The notes: a model not told the origin generated them from the letters alone. Counted from the first letter of the stretch, positions 1-6,917 are shown. The stretch: 15,861 nucleotides of DNA from Candidatus Cloacimonadota bacterium (GCA_029564175.1 JAKQQL010000085.1:1-15861), one strand, 5' to 3'. Program-made: numbers and translations.

Positions 1-34
1 TTGGCTCATTTTTCTTTGTCTTTGGTTGATTCAT
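1..34 (-). CDS. N-terminus (MNQPKTKKNEP...) of a gene leaving the window; probable transposase
   Basis: ATG at 34-32 with AGGAG at 45-41 (6-nt spacing); open to the window edge. Product inferred from position only. Confidence 0.5.
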   Translation of the reverse strand, partial: MNQPKTKKNEP

Positions 35-139
35 GATCTACTCCTTGTCTTTTTTATTTTCAAATTCAATAAAACAAAGAGTTGGATCTGGATCAACCTT
101 TTTTTTTATCTTTTTACACCAACTTTTGAGATGTTATCC
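1..139 (-). mobile_element. Left end of a probable IS256-family insertion sequence (continues beyond window start)
   Basis: Minus strand from 139/138 reads (G)GATAACATCTCAAAAGTTGGTGTAAAAAGATAAAAAAAAAGG, resembling the IS256-type terminal repeat as I recall it (GATAAAGTCCGTATAATTGTGTAAAA). It lies exactly where similarity to the ABC substrate-binding protein begins, and an inward ORF with an RBS starts ~105 bp inside. The transposase body and right end are not visible. Confidence 0.55.
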
Positions 140-140
140 T

Positions 141-569
141 TACTATCAATCCAATCAAACACTTTTGGTAAAAAAGTTTAGCGATTTAAAGATTGAAAAA
201 GAAGATGATCTCGTAAAATATAAAATCGGGGCACAAAATGGCACCACTGGTCAGATCTATTTATCTGATAATTTAGTTAAAGCGGGTAAAATGCCAGAAG
301 CTAATGTAAAAAAATATGCGACCAACATTGAAGCGGTTACTGACCTTCTCAATGGTAATATTGATATGGTGATTATGGACGATCCTGCTGCAAAAGGCTA
401 TGAAAGAGTCAAAGACGTTAAAAGTGTTTATACGATTATTACCAATGAAAACTTTGGTATTGCTCTGCCAAAAAATTCTGTTCATAAAGATGCGATCAAT
501 AATGCACTGAAGGAAATCATGGCTGGCGAACAATGGAACGAAATTATCAATAAATATTTGCTTCAATAA
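141..569 (+). pseudogene. 3' remnant of a polar amino-acid ABC transporter substrate-binding protein (SBP_bac_3 type), 5'-truncated
   Basis: From (P)YYQSNQTLLVKK onward the frame has family motifs (KIGAQNGTTG, AVTDLLNGNIDMVIMDDP, ENFGIALPK, INNALKEI...IINKY). The upstream part of ORF 33..569 is poly-T/Phe sequence with no RBS, signal peptide or N-terminal lobe. Confidence 0.78.
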
Positions 570-579
570 GCAATCAATA

Positions 580-627
580 TCCTTTGTCTGCCAGATTTTA
601 TATTTGTCAGACAAAGGAATTTTTCTG
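580..627 (+). terminator. Intercistronic stem-loop (mRNA stabiliser or partial terminator) between SBP and permease
   Basis: TCCTTTGTCTG (580-590) and CAGACAAAGGA (608-618) form a perfect 11-bp stem with further inner pairing, followed by a T-run. Confidence 0.7.
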
Positions 628-639
628 AAAGGAGAGCTT

Positions 640-1332
640 ATGACTGCTTTTCTGTCGGGCTTAAGTGAAACTTTTCTGTTTATCATGAAGAGTATGCCCT
701 TTTTAATGAAAGGGATTATTGTAGCGCTTGAGGTAACTATTCTTTCCATCATATTAGGTATGGTTGTTGGCTTACTGGTAGCCTTTTTAAAGATTTATGG
801 CAGTCCACCGGTCAAGAAAATCGTAAAAGTATATGAGTGGGTGATGAAAGGCTTACCAATTCTGGTGCTTTTATTTTTAATCTACTTTGGTTTGCCTTCA
901 CTGGGGATTCATATTGGCGCTTTCTTATCGGTCGTCCTGGCTTTAGGCTTAGGTTCATCTGCTTATCAGGCACAGATTTACCGTGGGGCATTCCTGTCTA
1001 TTGGTCAGGAACAGATGGAGGCTGGGCTGTCTCTGGGTATGTCCAAATTTAAGACGCTTTATTATGTCATTATTCCTCAGGCGGTCAGATTGTCTCTGCC
1101 TGGATTTACCAACGAGTTTACCATCGTATTAAAAGATTCTCCTCTGGCATACGCAGTAGGTATTGCTGAAATTTTGAAGAATGGGCGGGATATTATTTCG
1201 ACTTCTTATCGTCCTTTTGAGATCTATTTTGCCTGTTCAATCATTTATTTTGTGTTGTTCCAGTTTTTCTTCTGGTTATTTAAAAAAGTAGCAAACCGTT
1301 ACAGTGTGCCAGGCTATTCTCTGGATTTCTAA
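640..1332 (+). CDS. Polar amino-acid ABC transporter permease (HisM/GlnP family)
   Basis: Hydrophobic helices, [30 protein letters not shown]-like loop [26 protein letters not shown]. Start moved to ATG 640 behind AGGAG. Confidence 0.92.
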   Translation: MTAFLSGLSETFLFIMKSMPFLMKGIIVALEVTILSIILGMVVGLLVAFLKIYGSPPVKKIVKVYEWVMKGLPILVLLFLIYFGLPSLGIHIGAFLSVVLALGLGSSAYQAQIYRGAFLSIGQEQMEAGLSLGMSKFKTLYYVIIPQAVRLSLPGFTNEFTIVLKDSPLAYAVGIAEILKNGRDIISTSYRPFEIYFACSIIYFVLFQFFFWLFKKVANRYSVPGYSLDF

Positions 1333-1357
1333 TGAGTTGAAAAGAGTGGAGGTAAAA

Positions 1358-2119
1358 ATGAACAGTGAATATTTGTTACAGATAGAAAATGTAGTAAAAC
1401 GCTTTGGACACAATACGATATTAGACGGTATTTCTTTAAATATGAAAAAAGCAGACGTAAAAGTGTTAATTGGTCCTTCTGGTACTGGAAAATCTACCTT
1501 GTTACGTTGTATCAATATGCTAAATCCGCCTGATGAAGGAAAAGTATTTTTAGAAGGGGTGGAGTTAACCCATCATAAAACCAATATTTTTCAGGCACGT
1601 CAGAAAATTGGAATGGTCTTTCAGCATTTTGCACTTTTCAATCATCTGTCTGCCTTGGAAAATGTAGCTTTAGGCTTGGTAAAAGTAAAAAAAATGAATC
1701 GTTCTGATGCCGTTAAAAAAGCTGAATATGAATTGGCACGCGTAGGACTGATGGAGCATAAGGAAAAGTATCCGGCTCAGCTTTCAGGAGGTCAGAAACA
1801 GCGTGTGGGTATAGCCCGTGCCTTGGCAATGGATCCGCTGATCATGCTGTTCGATGAACCGACTTCAGCACTTGATCCTGAACTGATCGGTGAAGTGCTG
1901 GCAGTGATGAAGCAACTGGCTAATGATGGTATGACCATGATTATGGTGACTCATGAGATGGGCTTTGCCCGTTCAGTTGCCACGGAAATAATTTTTATGG
2001 AAAAAGGGCATATTCTGGAACAGGCACCTCCTGATGAAATTTATTATCATCCAAAAAATGAAAGAACGAAAGCATTTCTGAGTAAGATTTCTGAATTGTA
2101 TGGTGAACATAGTCAGTAA
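1358..2119 (+). CDS. glnQ: Polar amino-acid ABC transporter ATP-binding subunit (GlnQ/ArtM family)
   Basis: Walker [11 protein letters not shown]-loop [10 protein letters not shown], signature LSGGQKQRV, Walker B/D-loop [21 protein letters not shown]. Start at ATG 1358 behind GGAGG. Substrate not determinable. Confidence 0.93.
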   Translation: MNSEYLLQIENVVKRFGHNTILDGISLNMKKADVKVLIGPSGTGKSTLLRCINMLNPPDEGKVFLEGVELTHHKTNIFQARQKIGMVFQHFALFNHLSALENVALGLVKVKKMNRSDAVKKAEYELARVGLMEHKEKYPAQLSGGQKQRVGIARALAMDPLIMLFDEPTSALDPELIGEVLAVMKQLANDGMTMIMVTHEMGFARSVATEIIFMEKGHILEQAPPDEIYYHPKNERTKAFLSKISELYGEHSQ

Positions 2120-2139
2120 GATCAGGTCTGGAGGATAAA

Positions 2140-2829
2140 ATGTTTGAAAATCTCATGATCTTTTTTGCCAAATTAGTGGAATATATGCCCAATTTTGGAC
2201 ATGGTTTGTATTTAACACTTTTACTGACCGTTTTATCGGGTGTGGTAGGATTTTTAGCCTCAGTCCCCTTAGTTCTGGCGATATTGTATGGCAGTAAGTT
2301 TTCAAAAGCTTTGGCTGGCAGTTTTGTTTCATTGATCAGGGGAACCCCTCTGCTGGTACAGCTTTTCTTTATCTATTTTGGTTTTCCGGCAATTGGGATC
2401 AGGGTAACGCCTATCACTGCTGCTATTATTGGTTTTGTACTTAACTCCTCTGCATATCAGGCAGAATACCTGAAAGGTGGTTTCTTAGCGATATCTAAAG
2501 AACAATACGAAGCGTCTTTAAGTCTTGGTATGACGAAATGGCAAACAGTCTTTTTTGTGTTGATTCCACAGGCGTTCCGTTTTGCTTTACCTTCTTTGTC
2601 CAATGAAATAATCTATCTGGTTAAATATACTTCAGTTGCTTATATTATACAGGTTCCCGAACTGTTTGCTCAGGCAAAGTACTTCGCTTCTGATACCTTT
2701 TTCTATGTGCATATCTTTATCATAATTGGTATCGTGTATCTGTTGATGGTTTGGTTGATTTCAAACCTAATGGATTATCTGGAAAAGCATTATTATATTC
2801 CAGGTTTCGATATGTCTCATTTAAAATAG
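2140..2829 (+). CDS. Polar amino-acid ABC transporter permease (HisM/GlnP family)
   Basis: IRGTPLLVQLFFIYFG, NSSAYQAEYLKGG, EQYEASLSLGMT, LIPQAFR; GGAGG RBS upstream. Confidence 0.94.
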   Translation: MFENLMIFFAKLVEYMPNFGHGLYLTLLLTVLSGVVGFLASVPLVLAILYGSKFSKALAGSFVSLIRGTPLLVQLFFIYFGFPAIGIRVTPITAAIIGFVLNSSAYQAEYLKGGFLAISKEQYEASLSLGMTKWQTVFFVLIPQAFRFALPSLSNEIIYLVKYTSVAYIIQVPELFAQAKYFASDTFFYVHIFIIIGIVYLLMVWLISNLMDYLEKHYYIPGFDMSHLK

Positions 2830-2871
2830 GAATAGGATTTGTTGACACTGATTAAGCTGGTTTTGTTCATA

Positions 2872-3010
2872 GCTGTCAATATTGCCGTCTAAATCAAAAC
2901 CCTAAGCCCAGGCAATAGTCTGAAAGGGGCTTGCCGGCTGAGGCCATCATTAAGGTCACTTGCAAAAGGGGAAACGAATTAGTCCTGATTGATAAAGGCA
3001 TCATAAATGT
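2872..3010 (-). ncRNA. Candidate structured non-coding RNA, possibly 6S RNA (ends approximate)
   Basis: GC-richer non-coding island whose ends pair on the minus strand (TGCC/GGCA; AATCAGGAC/GTTTTGATT using two G-U pairs), with an apical stem and a 3' tail GGGCTTAGGG...ACGGCAATATTGAC reminiscent of 6S 3' strands. It is shorter than typical 6S RNA and the strand is not certain. Confidence 0.3.
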
Positions 3011-3093
3011 CATGTTCACACTAAAAGTCAAGTAACGACTTAAGTACTGGTTATTATTTTAAAAAATGGCAATAAATGATAAATTTAAAGCAA

Positions 3094-3220
3094 CTGTAGG
3101 GATTTGCGAAGCGCCGTAAATCCGCTTAGAATACCTGTATGATATACAGGTCAAGGGAGTTATCCTTTTGTTTTTCGGATGTACGGCACTACGCAAGCTC
3201 CGTTTCGCACATCCCTACAG
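3094..3220. repeat. Inverted pair of GTAG-type REP palindromes (REPIN/MITE-like; family C)
   Basis: Perfect 10-bp terminal inverted repeat CTGTAGGGAT (3094-3103) / ATCCCTACAG (3211-3220). Each arm (3094-3124, 3176-3220) is itself a hairpin, and there is an internal perfect hairpin ACCTGTAT-GAT-ATACAGGT (3133-3151). Confidence 0.75.
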
Positions 3221-3298
3221 ACCGTTTTGACATTCACTTTATGCTGTTCTTTCTGAACTATGGGTCAGCGTTTGTGAATAATGCAGATTTGATTATGT

Positions 3299-3437
3299 GC
3301 ACCTACGGCGCTTGATGTGTAACTTTATATTTACCTGGGGTTTCACCTCAGGATCGGATTCTTTCGTTCCGCCGGAACTCTCATTTTTTTTACAAACTCT
3401 AACACCCTGCGCTATTGAATTTTAGCCATTTTAGGGC
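3299..3437. repeat. Cluster of short GC-rich hairpins (degenerate palindromic unit)
   Basis: GCACC-TAC-GGCGC (3299-3311), CCTGGGGT-TTC-ACCTCAGG (3334-3352), GTTCC-GCC-GGAAC (3366-3378) and eroded GCC-ATTTTAG-GGC (3425-3437). Confidence 0.5.
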
Positions 3438-3482
3438 AATTACCAGAATTACACTGATGAATTTTTTTTCTGTATCATTCGC

Positions 3483-3645
3483 ACTATCAGTCGTATAAAT
3501 ATATACTTTTCGCAAGCTGGTAGCTTACGTTACTATCAGTGTAACAAATATATACTTTTCGCAAGCTGGTAGCTTACGTTACTATTGGTGTTAAAAATAT
3601 ATACTTTTCGCAAGCTGGTAGCTTACGTTATTATCGGTGTAAAAT
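3483..3645. repeat. 49-bp tandem repeat (3 copies plus a partial) carrying REP-like palindrome family A
   Basis: Units 3483-3531, 3532-3580 and 3581-3629 share invariant AAATATATACTTTTCGCAAGCTGGTAGCTTACGTTA. The core hairpin is CGCAAGCT-GGT-AGCTTACG, and differences are confined to a ~13-nt linker. Confidence 0.93.
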
Positions 3646-3663
3646 TTATTCCCTCCTTCTTTG

Positions 3664-3753
3664 TTCCCTGCTTCATTCCTCTTCACTTTCTATTTTATAT
3701 AAGCAAAAATCAGGAAGTGAAGATGAAGTGAGTCGCATGGTTTTAACAGGGGA
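3664..3753. repeat. Long imperfect inverted repeat (pyrimidine arm / purine arm) upstream of the orphan gene
   Basis: TCTTCACTTTCT (3680-3691) pairs with AGGAAGTGAAGA (3712-3723), extended by TTCATTCC/GAAGTGAG and TCCCTG/CAGGGG. Confidence 0.6.
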
Positions 3754-3779
3754 GTTATGAGAATAATATGGAAAAGAAT

Positions 3780-3810
3780 TTGCTTTTATATGAAAATTAT
3801 GTATTATAAT
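3780..3810 (+). promoter_or_regulatory. Putative sigma70-type promoter of the 184-aa orphan
   Basis: TTGCTT (3780-3785), then TATTAT (3802-3807, 16 bp spacing) overlapping TATAAT (3805-3810); AGGAG at 3814-3818. Confidence 0.45.
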
Positions 3811-3827
3811 AACAGGAGAGTAAACTT

Positions 3828-4382
3828 ATGAGAGTGTATTTCGATCAGAAAAGACAGAACGATTACCCAAAAAGAGCAGGAGAAATGAACCTTGCCTGGT
3901 ATAATCAGGGGCAGATCTGTATCTACAGAAAGAAAACGCATCATGAAATGCAGGCTCAGAATATTTATATCAGGGATATTAATCAGATGGTACACGGACT
4001 TTGGCAGGAATTAAGTCTTAGAAGTAAAAGAGAATTGCAGGCGTATGCATTACAATACAAAAAAAGGTATCCTTCTCTCAGAAAGCGTGGTAATAATGCT
4101 TATTCAATCTTTCTGATGATTTGTCACAGTCTGATTCGCAAATATCAGTTGAGTCAGATGAGTCAAACCTTGATGACAGAACAATTGAGACAACTGCTTA
4201 CATCTATGAGCATTTACAAACTGGTAATGCAGGGAATTTTAAAAGTAGTTAAGTTTGCGTATCAATTCAATAACATACTACTGGCTGGTAGTATAAAAAT
4301 CTCAGCTTATGATTTAGTGGAAAGCAGGTCACTTGTTGTACAGCATGAATATTATGTTGCGAAGTGTGAAGGGTTTCCTTGA
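3828..4382 (+). CDS. Basic cytoplasmic hypothetical protein (184 aa); N-terminal half loosely DUF6266-like
   Basis: Good RBS; K/R-rich; no signal peptide or TM helix. Motif order G-x4-WY...G...YRKK...Q...R...LWQELS...AYA...GNNAYSIF. The family link is weak. Confidence 0.7.
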   Translation: MRVYFDQKRQNDYPKRAGEMNLAWYNQGQICIYRKKTHHEMQAQNIYIRDINQMVHGLWQELSLRSKRELQAYALQYKKRYPSLRKRGNNAYSIFLMICHSLIRKYQLSQMSQTLMTEQLRQLLTSMSIYKLVMQGILKVVKFAYQFNNILLAGSIKISAYDLVESRSLVVQHEYYVAKCEGFP

Positions 4383-4421
4383 TGAAATGGAAAGAATACT
4401 GTCGAACATCTTTGCAGAAAG

Positions 4422-4446
4422 CTACAAGCAGGATGCTCGTAGTACG
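4422..4446 (-). repeat. Single REP-like palindrome, family B
   Basis: Minus strand CGTACTACGAGCA-TCC-TGCTTGTAG; a close plus-strand copy CGTACTACTAGCA-ACT-TGCTTGTAG lies at 6954-6978. Confidence 0.7.
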
Positions 4447-4482
4447 GGAAATACTTGTAGTAAATAAATTTTAAAAAATAAT

Positions 4483-4511
4483 TTGACTTTTTTATCAATA
4501 TGAATTAGCTT
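4483..4511 (+). promoter_or_regulatory. Putative sigma70-type promoter
   Basis: TTGACT (4483-4488), 17 bp, TAGCTT (4506-4511), followed by a GGAGG RBS and ATG 4546. Confidence 0.5.
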
Positions 4512-4545
4512 AATCAAAAATAATGATATAGGGGAGGGAAAACGA

Positions 4546-5820
4546 ATGAAAAAGCTCGTTTTCTTTGTTTTGGCGTTATGTACTTGTTTACTTTGGGCAG
4601 ATGAGAATCCTTATCTGGTGAAAGACAGTACAGAAGTTGTATCAGTTAATGATCCGGTAATACCTGGAAAGGTTGGCTCATTCAGAACGTTTTATTTAAA
4701 AGACGGTAATGTATTTTATGGAGAGATCAAAGCCATTGCTGTAAATGGTGATGTAACGCTTGAAGCTGAAGAAGGTATATTGTCATTACCTTATACTGAG
4801 ATTTTGGAAGAGACTGTTACCATTACTAAAAAAGATGGCACAAAACTGAATGGCAAGCTGATGGAAGAAGATGATAAAATGATTGTCATTATCAATAAAT
4901 ATGGCAAATTTAATGTTTCCAAAGCACAGGTTGACCGTTTGGAACGCTTTTTTGGCGGAAATTCTGAAGCACGAATTGCCAGAAAGAAATTTTATGCAGC
5001 AGAAGAAGAAATTACTTCTTTATTTTTAGATCCAACGGCATTTGTAATGAAACCTTATACCTTTTATCTGACCGGATTCTCAATGGGTTACGGTTTTAAT
5101 GAAAGAATTCAGATTTTTACCCGTATCCCCAATAATCTGGCAGGAGATATTAATTTGTCGCCGACTTTTATTATTAAAGAGAAAGCTGATGGAGCTATCA
5201 GAAGCAATTGGGCACTGGTGTTTAATTTCTTTTCTAATCACAAAATGTCTTATGAATATGCATCTTACTATGATGAAGAACCAATCAATCAATTAGCAGA
5301 CATTTATGAAGAAGGTGAAAACGAAAAAGTTTTCAAGCATTTATATGGAAACAAGAGAAATTTCTTCTGGGATGCGAGTCTGGTTTATGGAAAGAGAATC
5401 CCTTTGAAAAGTGGCAGAGGAAACTGGTCAATGCATGCTGGTATGACGATCAATCAGCTGTTATTTGAAAAACCTAAAACTGAGATCACTTATCAGGGAA
5501 CAGTGCATAAACTTTCCGGAGGATTTTCTGATACTCATTTTAATGCAACACGCGTGTTTGCCGGTCTTGATTATGACTTAACCCGTCGAATCAAGTTTAT
5601 CACAGAATTGTATTATGACCCGGGTAATAGATATTTAACCTTTGGTGAATCAATGGATGATTACTTTTCTAATGGTTTTACCAGTGCCAACAGTATGGGT
5701 AAGCGTAAAGAATTTGACTTTGACTTTGGCATTACCTTTGCACCCAATGAAACTTTAAGACTCGGACTGCATTTCCAACAACCATTTATTACCATTTACT
5801 GGAAATTCCTGGATTATTAA
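4546..5820 (+). CDS. Exported hypothetical protein, probable outer-membrane beta-barrel with duplicated small N-terminal beta domains
   Basis: Sec signal MKKLVFFVLALCTCLLWA; repeated motif YLKDGNVFYGEI / TKKDGTKLNGKL; amphipathic aromatic strands in the C-terminal half (VFAGLDYDL, FDFGITFAP, FITIYWKF). Confidence 0.72.
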   Translation: MKKLVFFVLALCTCLLWADENPYLVKDSTEVVSVNDPVIPGKVGSFRTFYLKDGNVFYGEIKAIAVNGDVTLEAEEGILSLPYTEILEETVTITKKDGTKLNGKLMEEDDKMIVIINKYGKFNVSKAQVDRLERFFGGNSEARIARKKFYAAEEEITSLFLDPTAFVMKPYTFYLTGFSMGYGFNERIQIFTRIPNNLAGDINLSPTFIIKEKADGAIRSNWALVFNFFSNHKMSYEYASYYDEEPINQLADIYEEGENEKVFKHLYGNKRNFFWDASLVYGKRIPLKSGRGNWSMHAGMTINQLLFEKPKTEITYQGTVHKLSGGFSDTHFNATRVFAGLDYDLTRRIKFITELYYDPGNRYLTFGESMDDYFSNGFTSANSMGKRKEFDFDFGITFAPNETLRLGLHFQQPFITIYWKFLDY

Positions 5821-5834
5821 ATAGGAGAATTAAC

Positions 5835-6899
5835 ATGGAAAAACTGATTGAATGTATAAAGAACTTTAGCAAACTGGAGATGAACCTCTTACTGGATGCG
5901 ATTTTTGATGGCGGAGAAGAACGTCATGTTATTTTATTTCAGGTATTAAAGGCTTTACCTGAAAGTGAAAAAGAAGAATGTATGAAGCTATTTTATGCGT
6001 TCATCAATCCAAAGTGGCTGAATGAACGGATATCAGAAACTGAATCGGCAAGTGCGGAATTACTTGAAAAACATCTGTTCTTCTTAATGGAAACCATCGA
6101 AACATTTCCTGAGAAAGTAATTGAGATTGAAAAAAATACGGCAGCTGCCAAACAGAAATGTCTGGAGTATCGTGAAGTAATGAAAGCAGGATGGAAAGAG
6201 ACAGTTAAAACTGATCAGATGGATGGAGTACCATTTCCACCCGTTCAAAAGTCTCTGGATGAAAGTCAGGAACTGATCCTTTTGCCTCAGGCAACAGCTG
6301 AAGTCGTAAAAAAACAGAATATTTTCGATTGCATCAATAACCGTGCCAGCAGACGAAAATTTACTACAGATGAGATATCTTTGGCTGAGTTATCCTTTTT
6401 ATTATGGGCTACCCAAGGACTCAAAGATCAGTTAATGGATGGAAAATTAACCAGAAGGACTGTCCCTTCAGGAGGTTCTCGTCATCCATTTGAAACCTAT
6501 CTGGTCGTTAATCATGTGACCGGCTTAAAAGAAGGGGTTTACAGATACCAACCAATGGAACATGGTTTAGTTTATCTCTTTGATATAGAAAATCGTCAGG
6601 AGAAAACAGCTAAGGCTGCTTTAGAACAAAGTATGGCTGGTGAATGTGCGGTTTGTTTTGTATGGTCTGTCATTCCTTACCGGTGCGAGTGGCGATATAT
6701 GCTGGAAAGTAAAAAGATTATCCTCCAGGATAGTGGTCATTTATGCCAAAATCTTTATCTGGCTTGTGAAGCTTTAGATTTGGGAACCTGTGCCATTGGC
6801 GCTTATGACCAGAAATTGTTTGATGAACTGATCAGACTTGATGGAAAAGAAGAATTTACTGTTTATGTGGCTCCTGTGGGTGTGCCAGCAAAGAAATAA
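5835..6899 (+). CDS. SagB/ThcOx-family FMN-dependent nitroreductase with ~105-aa N-terminal extension
   Basis: RASRRKF, LSFLLWATQG, RTVPSGGSRHPFETY, WRY, DSGHLCQNLYLACEALDLGTCAIGAYD; AGGAG RBS. Confidence 0.9.
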   Translation: MEKLIECIKNFSKLEMNLLLDAIFDGGEERHVILFQVLKALPESEKEECMKLFYAFINPKWLNERISETESASAELLEKHLFFLMETIETFPEKVIEIEKNTAAAKQKCLEYREVMKAGWKETVKTDQMDGVPFPPVQKSLDESQELILLPQATAEVVKKQNIFDCINNRASRRKFTTDEISLAELSFLLWATQGLKDQLMDGKLTRRTVPSGGSRHPFETYLVVNHVTGLKEGVYRYQPMEHGLVYLFDIENRQEKTAKAALEQSMAGECAVCFVWSVIPYRCEWRYMLESKKIILQDSGHLCQNLYLACEALDLGTCAIGAYDQKLFDELIRLDGKEEFTVYVAPVGVPAKK

Positions 6900-6917
6900 A
6901 ATTTAGATAATAGTTTG

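Noticed and set aside
33..140. N-terminus of ORF 33..569 as a real protein start
   Set aside because: No RBS or signal peptide; it is the reverse strand of the putative IS end that happens to be open in frame.
273..752. Antisense or alternate-frame ORFs (this one, also 837..1052, 1276..1515, 1995..2192, 3804..3995, 5080..5292, 5099..5296, 8060..8299, 9763..9987, 13658..13882, 14839..15309, 15403..15639)
   Set aside because: All overlap well-supported genes and show no recognisable motifs; they are shadow ORFs.
2900..2985. Hammerhead ribozyme or known riboswitch (CTGAGG...GAAAC)
   Set aside because: The core lacks CTGANGA and properly placed stems, matches no riboswitch consensus I recognise, and has no adjacent downstream gene.
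3483..3645. CRISPR array (36-bp palindromic repeat)
   Set aside because: The linkers are only 13 nt and clearly related to each other, no cas genes are present, and the core recurs elsewhere in a different unit.
3828..4382. REP-associated tyrosine transposase (RAYT)
   Set aside because: No H-hydrophobic-H motif or Y-x3-NP catalytic motif; THH is not an HUH motif.
5835..6899. TOMM/thiopeptide biosynthetic cluster
   Set aside because: No YcaO, precursor peptide, protease or exporter nearby; stand-alone SagB-like enzymes are common.
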